Origin: Fidelibacterota bacterium
GTDB lineage: Bacteria > Fidelibacterota > UBA8477 > JABMPR01
NCBI GenBank assembly: GCA_024278595.1
Contig: JAJRSW010000053.1
Location: 4,488-68,487, forward strand
Direction: 5' to 3'
Length of the DNA: 64,000 nucleotides
Positions within the stretch are counted from its first letter, which is position 1. Every line of letters starts with the position of its first letter. The notes beneath the pieces are model-generated. The model was not told the DNA's origin, ran no database searches, and was given only the letters and a program-made list of their open reading frames with translations. This document shows, in pieces, positions 17,605-26,513 of the stretch. The translations under genes were made by a program, and so were the position numbers.

Positions 17605-19133
17605 TTTAAAAGACGATGTACGCGAGCCAGGAGTTCAGTCGGGCTGAAAGGTTTTAGCATATAATCATTTGCACCCAGCTGCAGCCCCCTGGCAATATCA
17701 TTTTCCCGGCCCATTGAAGTCAGCATGATAATTGGTGTATTCTGGTTGAGAGACTGCTTTCTTATTCGCTGCAATAATTCAAACCCATCCATTCCAGGCA
17801 TTTTGACATCCGTGATCACTAAATCGTATGGATTATTGCTGGCAGATTCAAAGGCCTCATCTCCATGGAGATAGTGACTGGTCTTAAACCCGGCTCGTTC
17901 TAGACGATGAATGATAAATTCTGCTGTAAGATCATCATCTTCTGCAAGCAGAATTGATCTCTGACGGGGGATTACTTTTTCATGTTCAGTCAATACCTGG
18001 TTGCGTCCGGATTCCTTGGCTTTATACATAAGCTGATCAGCTACTGAGAAAGCTGCTTTAAGGGGCAGGTTGTGGTCCACATCAACTACTCCGGCGGAGA
18101 AGGTAATTCTCAACTTTTCTTTGCTGCTGTGCAATATGTAAGCATTATTGTTGAGGTGGTCCAGAACTTTATCAATGGTCTTTTTGGCACTGGCAGCATC
18201 AGAATCTGGAAACAGAATGGTGAATTCCTCTCCACCCCAACGAGCAACAATATCAGAATCCCGTAATAGCTGTTTCATTACCTCAGTGATATGTTTCAAA
18301 ACCTCGTCACCTGCCAGGTGGCCATAGCGATCATTGATGGATTTAAAATGGTCGAGGTCAAGCAATCCAAGACTTAATTTTGAATCGCCTTGCTGAGCTA
18401 AATTTTGCGAGTTCTGGTAATGCTCATTAAACCCTGCCCGATTCATTAGACCGGTAAGACTATCTAGCTGAGCCTCCCGGTGAACTTTTCTGGCGCTATT
18501 AATTGTTGCTGCAACATGAGTTGATAAGAGCCCGGGATCCACGGGTTTTTCAAAATAATTGTCAGCACCTAAAGCATAACACTCTGCTTTAACTTGTGGA
18601 CTGCTTTTGGCTGAAAGAACGACAACAGGAATAGAATTGGTTGTGTAGCTCTCTTTTAACTCCACCAGGAAATTACGCCCGTCCGTATCAGGCAGGATCA
18701 AATCAAGGATAATGAGCGAGACATCCTCCTGTTTAAGTAATTCTCGTGCTGCTGTAGCCGTTTCAGCCAAGAGCACATGATACCCTTGTTTTTCAAGAAT
18801 GGTGCTTAAAATAAATCGGATCTCTTCACTATCGTCAACTACCATAATTACTTCGCAGCTCCCCCGGCCTGCTTCAGAGAGCGAACGTAGATAGTTGATC
18901 AGATCTGCCAGCCTGGATTTGAGTTGATCATGGGAAGCCTCTTCCACTGCTTCAGCCAGCTCCGAAATTTTCGGAAACCCATAGGTTCTCCCTGATCCCC
19001 GCAAGGTGTGAGCAATCCGTTGAGCTGATATGCCAGCTTCCGCATTTTCCCGATTCAGGGCTGTTTGAGCGGCGCTAAGGGCTTCTATGCGTGAGCCAAG
19101 TTTTCGAATATATTCATTCTGATAATCTTCCAT
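17601..19133 (-). CDS. diguanylate cyclase with HPt-REC-GGDEF-REC architecture
   Basis: N-terminal HPt-like motif (RIAHTLRGSGRTYGF, similar to the CheA P1 / HPt HxxKG motif), a REC domain (VIMVVDDSEEIRF..), a GGDEF domain (LTGLMNRAGF..RWGGEEFTILFPD) and a second C-terminal REC (ILLAEDDDLTAEF..DVKMPGMDG). Confidence 0.85.
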   Translation of the reverse strand: MEDYQNEYIRKLGSRIEALSAAQTALNRENAEAGISAQRIAHTLRGSGRTYGFPKISELAEAVEEASHDQLKSRLADLINYLRSLSEAGRGSCEVIMVVDDSEEIRFILSTILEKQGYHVLLAETATAARELLKQEDVSLIILDLILPDTDGRNFLVELKESYTTNSIPVVVLSAKSSPQVKAECYALGADNYFEKPVDPGLLSTHVAATINSARKVHREAQLDSLTGLMNRAGFNEHYQNSQNLAQQGDSKLSLGLLDLDHFKSINDRYGHLAGDEVLKHITEVMKQLLRDSDIVARWGGEEFTILFPDSDAASAKKTIDKVLDHLNNNAYILHSSKEKLRITFSAGVVDVDHNLPLKAAFSVADQLMYKAKESGRNQVLTEHEKVIPRQRSILLAEDDDLTAEFIIHRLERAGFKTSHYLHGDEAFESASNNPYDLVITDVKMPGMDGFELLQRIRKQSLNQNTPIIMLTSMGRENDIARGLQLGANDYMLKPFSPTELLARVHRLLK

Positions 19134-19139
19134 TGAACA

Positions 19140-22100
19140 TCACCCCTGAAAGATCTCATTTATCTGATGCCTGATCTCTATCTCCAGGTTATCAGATTTG
19201 AGTATAATGGGTATCGCTTCGGCTTTAAAAAACAACTCTTCAGTCGGTGACAGTTCTTTTCCGGTTACAACAAGAACTGGAATAGCATCGTAACGTCTAT
19301 TTCGTCTTAATATACCTAGAAACTCCTGTCCATTCATTCCCGGCATCATTAAATCTAATAGGATAAGATCAGGCATGGAAGTTTGAATGATCTCCAAAGC
19401 TTCAGAACCACTTTCGGCAGATCGAATTTCTACTCCGAGACCTCCCACATAACTGGATAGAGTCAACCGCATGTCGGGATCATCTTCCACTATTAGAATA
19501 CGTCTTCCTTCAATTGCAAGATTACGCTTGATAGCCCACAATAATTGCTGACGATGGATCGGCTTGGGAATAAAATCCACAACACCTGAAAGCCGTCCAC
19601 GATATTCACGGGCGATGATACTGACAACAACAACTGGAATGCGCTTATACTCTTTTTTTGCTTTCAGAGCCCTTAAGAACTTTTCGCCATTAATCAACGG
19701 CATCTGCAGATCGAGGGTGATCAGATCGGGACGATGCCTTCGTATGGCCTTGAAGGCTTCTTTTGCACTATCTGCAATATCAAGTTTACAACCAGTCTCG
19801 GATAAATAGTGCTTAAGTAAGGTTTGGGAATCATCATCATCATCGACAATCAAAATTCGACGACCTCGCAGGTCATCAAAAGGCAGGGTTGTCCTGCGAG
19901 TTCTACTGCGTGTTGCTCCTGCATTCCGGACTTTATTGTTCTCGACTTGTGTACTTATATCCTGTTCAGAAACTTTAATGATAAACGTGGAGCCGCGTCC
20001 GACTTCACTTTCAACTTCCAGGATACAGCCCATGATTTGACACATCCGACGACTAATGGATAGCCCTAGGCCCGTTCCCCCATACTTCCGTTGGGTCCCA
20101 GATTCTACTTGCGTAAATTCGTCAAATATCTTCTCAAGACGATCCTGCGGGATGCCGATACCGGTGTCGGCTACCCTGATCTCAGAAACATGATTGTTTT
20201 CCTGGTTGGCAATAACAGTAATAGTTATTGCCCCTTCATCAGTAAATTTAATCGCATTGCTGATCAAATTTAGCAGGATCTGTCTTATTTTTCCCGGATC
20301 GGTGACAAGGGGCAGCAGATTGTCTGGAATTTTAGCGATCAACTCAACTGGTTTGCCCTGCAATTGGCTCTCAACCATCTGAATGAGATCAAGTATTTGT
20401 TCACCAATATCCAGCTCAACAAGTTCCAGATCCATACGGCCAGATTCGATCTTGGACAAATCCAGGATATCGTTGATCAATCGTAGTAAATGGGTGCCAT
20501 TATCTTGAATTCGCTCTAGATATAGAATGTCTTGTTTATTCAAACGCTGGGCAGAGTTTTTTAACAGAATATTTGAGAAGCCAATAACGGAGTTAAGTGG
20601 CGTGCGAAGTTCATGACTCATATTTGCCAGAAAATCACTTTTGGTCTGATTGGATTCCTCAGCCACAGATTTTGCTAATTTCAACGCTTCCTCGGCTTGC
20701 TTGCGACTGGTAATGTCAAGGATAATGCCTAAAAACCCTGTGATCGAGCCGCTGGTATCCTGGAGTGCCGTAACTGCTGAATTCACCGTTAGATGACTGC
20801 CGTCTTTGCGTACGTAAGTCCATTCATGTTCAACCTGGCCACCTAATCGGGCTAAGACAACAAAGGTTTCAAATCCGTCAATCTCCCGCTCTAACTGAGT
20901 TGACAATTCACGAGCCCATTTTTCTACTTCTGCCTGTAGATGAAAAATAGAGGTAGATTTTCCCACGACTTCTTCTGATGTGTACCCCAGCATATTTTCA
21001 GCACCAGGGTTAAAAATAGTAATACCCCCTGCTAGATCTGTGGCAATGATGGCTACCTGAGTCGCCGAATTAAATACATTTTTTAAGCGCAGATGAGCAT
21101 TGGCCAGGTTTTCTTCGGCATGTTTCCGAGCGGTGATATCCATGACCGTTCCGGAAAAGTAATGATGCGTACCCGCACTCACTTCACTTACACCCAGTTC
21201 AATATATATTTCTTCTCCGGTCTTGGTGAGAGCTGAGACCTCCCTGCTGGTGCCAATGAACTCTGTTAACTCGGTGTGTAAATAGTGTTGTAGCGAGTTG
21301 TCATCCTCAGCGTGGGTCGAGTCATACATGAGATGACGGACATTTTTTCCAATTACCTCATCAGCATTATAACCAAAGATGTTCTCTGCGGCTGCGTTAA
21401 AGGATTGGATCATCCCCTCGTTATCAATGAGAATAACACCCACCATTGATGAGTTGATAATTGATTTATAACGTTCTTCGCTTTGTGATAATTCCTGACT
21501 CGCTTGCTCACGTTCCAAAACCCGACTCACCCACTGGCCCATCAACCGAACAAGATCCTCATCTCCTCCAGTGAAACGTTCTGCCCGAGGACTCGTCTTG
21601 GAAAAACTCAGTGTACCATAAATTTCACCTTGTATATGGATGGGAACGCCAATATAAGACTCAAGCTGGAAAGTCTCCCAACATGGGTGGCTAGCGTAGG
21701 GTGATTGGGACATCTCATTTATAGTCACCACTGCATTTTCCTCCAATGTCATGCTGCAGTAGGTGTCAGCTAATTTAAATACCTGGTTTTGAGCCAAAGT
21801 TGATGCTTCGGGGTAAAAGTACAACACTTTGAATTCATCATCTTTAATGTGACTGATTATGCCCAGGTCCATTTCCAGGGTCGCGGCGCCGGCTGCCAGT
21901 GTTTCTTCTAATTGTTCATTAACCGTTAGGTGGCTGGTGGCCGCTAGTTCGTATAAAATTCGAATTCGCTTTTGCTGAAGCTTAAGGTCATTGTTCAGGT
22001 TTGTAAGATTCTCTTCATAATGGATACGCTCAGAAATATCTCGACTCATCGCCAAAATCCGACCTTCGCCATCATTTCCGCCAGGATTAAAAAAGCGGGT

Positions 22101-22703
22101 GGCAGATTCTAACCAGATGTAGTGTCCATCTTTATGTCTGAATTTGTACGTGGATCTTACTGTTTCTTGGTGTTTGAGAATTTTTCGGTGTTCGAGTTGC
22201 ACTATCCCAAGTTGATCCGGGTCAATAAAATCATATATGGACCGACCCTCCAGCTCTTCCGGCTCATAGCCTACGATTTGTTTGGATCTCTGGGTCGCAA
22301 ACAGGAATCGCCCCTCCAGATCATGTTCTGCCAGCATATCGGTTGCTTCCTCAGTCAGAATTCTATAACGATGTTCACTGGTTTTCAGCCTGAGCAAATA
22401 GCGTTCTCGTGACCCGGCTATGGCCGGTGCCCACAAAAATAATCCAATGAGCAACAGCAAGGGGCCGCCAATTTGCCCCATGAGTTGTTTCAGTATATTT
22501 TGGAAAAAATTATTCGAAAGAAACGGATAAACGCCATTAGCAAGATCTAGGACACTACCCATCCACATGAGCCCCAAAGCAAATACAACGAAATACCAGC
22601 CTCTTTGGACCCGGAATTGATTTCTCTCACCCAAAATGGTAACAAAAATGAAAAGAACTCCAAAAATTAGAGCAAGCAGTATTTCAGCAATCAGGCTTAA
22701 CAA
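19140..22703 (-). CDS. multi-PAS/GAF hybrid sensor histidine kinase with two C-terminal receiver domains
   Basis: N-terminal TM helices, several PAS and GAF segments, a HisKA H-box (ANMSHELRTPLNSVIGFSNIL), HATPase_c (NLISNAIKFT, GTGLGLSISRRM) and two REC domains (RILIVDDDDDSQ.., RILIVEDDPDMR..). 1187 aa. Confidence 0.9.
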   Translation of the reverse strand: MLSLIAEILLALIFGVLFIFVTILGERNQFRVQRGWYFVVFALGLMWMGSVLDLANGVYPFLSNNFFQNILKQLMGQIGGPLLLLIGLFLWAPAIAGSRERYLLRLKTSEHRYRILTEEATDMLAEHDLEGRFLFATQRSKQIVGYEPEELEGRSIYDFIDPDQLGIVQLEHRKILKHQETVRSTYKFRHKDGHYIWLESATRFFNPGGNDGEGRILAMSRDISERIHYEENLTNLNNDLKLQQKRIRILYELAATSHLTVNEQLEETLAAGAATLEMDLGIISHIKDDEFKVLYFYPEASTLAQNQVFKLADTYCSMTLEENAVVTINEMSQSPYASHPCWETFQLESYIGVPIHIQGEIYGTLSFSKTSPRAERFTGGDEDLVRLMGQWVSRVLEREQASQELSQSEERYKSIINSSMVGVILIDNEGMIQSFNAAAENIFGYNADEVIGKNVRHLMYDSTHAEDDNSLQHYLHTELTEFIGTSREVSALTKTGEEIYIELGVSEVSAGTHHYFSGTVMDITARKHAEENLANAHLRLKNVFNSATQVAIIATDLAGGITIFNPGAENMLGYTSEEVVGKSTSIFHLQAEVEKWARELSTQLEREIDGFETFVVLARLGGQVEHEWTYVRKDGSHLTVNSAVTALQDTSGSITGFLGIILDITSRKQAEEALKLAKSVAEESNQTKSDFLANMSHELRTPLNSVIGFSNILLKNSAQRLNKQDILYLERIQDNGTHLLRLINDILDLSKIESGRMDLELVELDIGEQILDLIQMVESQLQGKPVELIAKIPDNLLPLVTDPGKIRQILLNLISNAIKFTDEGAITITVIANQENNHVSEIRVADTGIGIPQDRLEKIFDEFTQVESGTQRKYGGTGLGLSISRRMCQIMGCILEVESEVGRGSTFIIKVSEQDISTQVENNKVRNAGATRSRTRRTTLPFDDLRGRRILIVDDDDDSQTLLKHYLSETGCKLDIADSAKEAFKAIRRHRPDLITLDLQMPLINGEKFLRALKAKKEYKRIPVVVVSIIAREYRGRLSGVVDFIPKPIHRQQLLWAIKRNLAIEGRRILIVEDDPDMRLTLSSYVGGLGVEIRSAESGSEALEIIQTSMPDLILLDLMMPGMNGQEFLGILRRNRRYDAIPVLVVTGKELSPTEELFFKAEAIPIILKSDNLEIEIRHQINEIFQG

Positions 22704-23069
22704 AATTCACCTGCTTTCTACCGTTATTTCATATAATGACAATTCCACCTCCATGTGGCTATAATTCCTGTATATTTTCCACTGTTACGATACTTCGCTG
22801 AACTCAGTGCGAGCAGTTGCTGAGCCCACCGAAGCAGGCTTTATATTTTAAGTTTGGCGACCTTGCAAAAGCATTTGGAAAAACACAGAATATACCCTAT
22901 AACCATTAAAAACCGCTACTTATGATATATACCTAAGACCTTAAATAGCAATATTGTGCGCCATTTCTACAAGCGGTTTCCGAGCTTGATAAATAATACG
23001 GAGTATGATATTAATGAACTTATATGCATTTGAGATGGATAGTTGTATTTGGTGGCGTCAGCGTCCATT

Positions 23070-23459
23070 TCATCCTTCCCCAGATACTGATTGCCGGGGC
23101 GTCATGTAGGACTTTACTAAATCTTTGAAATGATCCATGTCGAGTATCGGTTTACTGTAATAGTCATCAAAACCTTTCCCAAGATATTTTTCTTTATCGC
23201 CCATCATTGCGTGCGCTGTTAAAGCAATGACAGGGAGATTCTTTAGCTGTACTATCTTACGAATTTCCTGGAGTACCGTCACCCCATCCATACCTGGCAA
23301 AGCGATATCCAGAAGAATAAGTTCAGCTTGGCAGTCTGGCAGACCAGCCAATGCATCAGGACCATTTTCGAAGGTTATAATCTCATATTCGGAACCTAAA
23401 ATTGCCTCGATCAGAAGCAGATTATCAGGATTGTCTTCAACCACTGCTATTTTCTTCAT
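23070..23459 (-). CDS. CheY-like single-domain response regulator
   Basis: MKKIAVVEDNPDNLLLIEAIL..ILLDIALPGMDG..ALTAHAMMGDKEKYLGKGFDDYYSKP. 4-nt overlap with the upstream HPt gene. Confidence 0.8.
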   Translation of the reverse strand: MKKIAVVEDNPDNLLLIEAILGSEYEIITFENGPDALAGLPDCQAELILLDIALPGMDGVTVLQEIRKIVQLKNLPVIALTAHAMMGDKEKYLGKGFDDYYSKPILDMDHFKDLVKSYMTPRQSVSGEG

Positions 23460-23842
23460 ATTTTCTCCAACTCCTCTTTCAGGTAGGCGGTAAAAGTTTC
23501 CTCAGCGACCAATAATTCGGAAGCCACCCTTGAAATCACTTCCATATTTTTTTCCATGGCGGCCTGTTCCAGTTTAACCGAGAGGTTCGAAACCCCCATT
23601 CCACCTAGATTTCCAGTACTGGCAATAAGTGAGTGGGCGGTATTTTCGATGACTGCATAATCTGTGCGTTCAATAGCATGGGAAATCGCTTGTATTTTAG
23701 CAGGTGTTCTTTCCAAATACATCTGGATGAGCCCAATTATAAGTTTGTTTCCGCCTAATTCTTTCAGGCGTTTTAATACGGCAGGCGCTATTTCGTGCTG
23801 GCTCATTCCAGACCCTTTATTCCCACTGTCAAATGAAATCAT
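23456..23842 (-). CDS. HPt (histidine phosphotransfer) domain protein
   Basis: 128 aa with the conserved HPt helix motif TAHSLIASTGNLGGMG. Paired with the CheY-like gene. Confidence 0.6.
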   Translation of the reverse strand: MISFDSGNKGSGMSQHEIAPAVLKRLKELGGNKLIIGLIQMYLERTPAKIQAISHAIERTDYAVIENTAHSLIASTGNLGGMGVSNLSVKLEQAAMEKNMEVISRVASELLVAEETFTAYLKEELEKI

Positions 23843-24060
23843 TCCGGATCAACTCCTAAATATTATACCGGCACATATTATTCGTAATATTTTATTTTCT
23901 GTTACCCGCACCGAAAGGTCTATGTCCCTCGATGGAAACCGTGCCAAGCGATGTGCCCGGGATGACGAATAGTGGGCTCATATGGCTAACCCGTACTCGT
24001 TTCATAGTATTGCTGAAAAACTTTCCAGCTATGGATTGCTCGCAAGCATGCTTGAATTTG

Positions 24061-25287
24061 CTAATCATCATCTTCTTCTTCCACCACCCTCAGTATCTTT
24101 AAACCTCCCAAACCTCCCGCAACATAAAGGTAATTTCCTTTGACTTTGACGTGATTAACTGACTGAAGATCATCAAACCGGAAGCTGCCAATCATCTGGA
24201 TGTCATCAACTTCACAATTCCTGGAATTAAATTTATCTCTTGACCAGGCTACATAAACGCCTGCCTCCCCGTTGGACATGTATAAAGTTTTGCCACTGGT
24301 TGTGGCTGCATTGGCAACGGTTACACTTTCGTCAAGATCAGGTATCACCGGAGGAGGAATTTCTTCGATGACTTCCCCATTTTCCAGGCAAATAATCTGG
24401 ACACCTCCATTACCCAAAGCCACAACTGCTTTACGTCGATAAACTTCGATGGTCGATTTAGAAAAAGGGATATTAGCGCCTGAAAGTGAAAATTCCTCAA
24501 GCAATTCACCACTTTCATAATTAAATGTCAGAAGCCTGGCTGGTGTTCCGGCGATTATTGCGATCTCTTCGTCATCAGTACCAACACCTCTGGCGTCTTC
24601 CACCGGATATGAGAATTCAATTTCATGGTCTGATAACCTGATTACCGTTACCTGTCCTCCTTCAGCCCCGGATGTCACAAACAGATGGTGCGAGGATACC
24701 GCAACGTCCGTAGCAGCCCAACTGGGGATGTCAAAGGTCTCTGTCTCGTCAGTTAAAACCCCCGACCTTATGCGCACCCTCTCAACCACAGCTGGCGAAT
24801 CGAATTCAGCTCGATCTGTGGCCATGGTGAGATAGAGATAGTTGTTCTTGTAGGCCAGTCCGTTTACATCTGAATCTGTAAAATACATGGATGAGATCAG
24901 TTCTGGATCTTCTTCATCCCTTACATTAAAAACATCTACCGCCCCCAGGAAAGGTTCACCGATCATATTGTATGCCACATAGGCCTTATTATCTTTCACA
25001 TAAACATCGGTAGCCTGGAGGACCTCTCCACTGACTGTCGGTGATTCAACTTCAGCAATCAACACCAGATTAATCGGATTTTGACTTGCTTTGATCAAAC
25101 CAGTGTCCTGGATACTGGTATCCAATTCAACAACTTCATTCATATAGGTAATTCGGCTTGACAATATTTGGAGATCGTTCTCAAGTGCAATACGAGTATT
25201 TTCAGGAGGCTCGGTGCATTGATTTAGGAGGCCGGCTAGCAGAAAACTGCCCAAGACTGCAATTGTGTTTGATCTTTTTTTGTTCAT
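24061..25287 (-). CDS. LVIVD-repeat beta-propeller lipoprotein
   Basis: Lipoprotein signal (LLAGLLNQCTEP). Repeated NYLY(V/L) ...GGL.IL/V units (NNYLYLTMATD.., GNYLYVAGGLGGLKILRV) typical of LVIVD surface-protein repeats. Confidence 0.45.
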   Translation of the reverse strand: MNKKRSNTIAVLGSFLLAGLLNQCTEPPENTRIALENDLQILSSRITYMNEVVELDTSIQDTGLIKASQNPINLVLIAEVESPTVSGEVLQATDVYVKDNKAYVAYNMIGEPFLGAVDVFNVRDEEDPELISSMYFTDSDVNGLAYKNNYLYLTMATDRAEFDSPAVVERVRIRSGVLTDETETFDIPSWAATDVAVSSHHLFVTSGAEGGQVTVIRLSDHEIEFSYPVEDARGVGTDDEEIAIIAGTPARLLTFNYESGELLEEFSLSGANIPFSKSTIEVYRRKAVVALGNGGVQIICLENGEVIEEIPPPVIPDLDESVTVANAATTSGKTLYMSNGEAGVYVAWSRDKFNSRNCEVDDIQMIGSFRFDDLQSVNHVKVKGNYLYVAGGLGGLKILRVVEEEDDD

Positions 25288-25502
25288 TATGTAAACCCTA
25301 TGGTTAATGATAGTAAAAATATTTTCGTGAAACCGCTGACCAACTTTAGCTAGAATAGTTGGCTCGGTGTGTTCTATCTCTAATACATTGTAGAAGTTAA
25401 ATTGGTATTTGATTTTTAAAAGGAGGGAATAATATTAGTGTACTTTCCCAGCAGCGGATAAAAATGTTATGTCATGCATGTTTTCTATTGGAAAATTATT
25501 CG

Positions 25503-26423
25503 TCAGCTCCCATCATCTCCCCGCTGAGACACATTATAAATAGCTGTGAGCATGATAATTGCCCCCATGATCTGGCTCCAGGTCAAGGCATGATCAAAAA
25601 AGATCCAATCAATGGTCACCGCTGAAATAGGCCAAAACATTTCCAGGATCGTGGCCTGACTGGCCTTCACCTGCTTCAGTCCATAATAATAAATGGAGAG
25701 CGCTACCGTACCGGAGGACAAGACAATCGCCACCAGATAAAATAATTGTTCCGAGTTCAACCCGGGTAAGCTCCCAAAGCCGACAAAGAACAGTAGATAT
25801 AAACCACTCATGATGGCCGTAAGACCCAGCCTTAAAGGGGTGATGATCCGTGAGTCCAACTCACGTAAGCTGTATTTCCCCATAACCGTTGAAGAACCCC
25901 AGGCAAACGCTGCCCCAACCGCCAGCAGACCAGCCCAGACATTCTTACCCCCATCTTGCCACTGAGGCAGGATCTGCGGGAAAGCCACAAAATAGCTGCC
26001 CACCAAGGCCATGAAAGCCCATAAATAGAACCGACCACCAAACCGCTCTTTGAGTACAATCCGGGCTAGCAATATGGCGAAAATCGGCTGCAGCTTCTGT
26101 AACAACACGACTACCGAAAAATTGATATAGTTGATATAACTCAAAGCCCGGGTATAAGCCAAAGTCCCTAACAGCCCCCCAAAAAAAGCGATCCAAAAGA
26201 TCGATATCCAGGTTTTACGGTCCAGCTGTTTGATCCGGGGCCAAAATTTGATCAACCAGGGTAAAGTGATCATCAGACCCAGGGCATGCTCGGCAAAAAC
26301 AATAAACATGCTGGGGAGACTGAAAAGAGATTGACGGAGAAGTGCATCAAGGGACCATAAAAAAGCCGCCACTACAATGGCAGCCGGACCGGCATATTTC
26401 CAGGCCGAAAAGCGTTTTAACAT
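25503..26423 (-). CDS. EamA/DMT-family drug/metabolite transporter
   Basis: About 10 predicted TM helices arranged as two EamA-like halves. 306 aa. Confidence 0.7.
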   Translation of the reverse strand: MLKRFSAWKYAGPAAIVVAAFLWSLDALLRQSLFSLPSMFIVFAEHALGLMITLPWLIKFWPRIKQLDRKTWISIFWIAFFGGLLGTLAYTRALSYINYINFSVVVLLQKLQPIFAILLARIVLKERFGGRFYLWAFMALVGSYFVAFPQILPQWQDGGKNVWAGLLAVGAAFAWGSSTVMGKYSLRELDSRIITPLRLGLTAIMSGLYLLFFVGFGSLPGLNSEQLFYLVAIVLSSGTVALSIYYYGLKQVKASQATILEMFWPISAVTIDWIFFDHALTWSQIMGAIIMLTAIYNVSQRGDDGS

Positions 26424-26513
26424 TAGCGTGAGTGTTCCCCTTTCACAGGGCGAATATAGTCTGGTTATGCCTGTGATGGCTTAAAACCTGCACAGGCATA
26501 AATAATTATTGGA

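Noticed and set aside
19564-22412. Several plus-strand ORFs of 60-100 aa (19564..19809, 19824..20063, 20091..20382, 21504..21704, 22122..22412) inside the histidine kinase gene
   Set aside because: They are antisense to a long, well-supported CDS with clear domain structure. They have no RBS or homology signal and are typical shadow ORFs.
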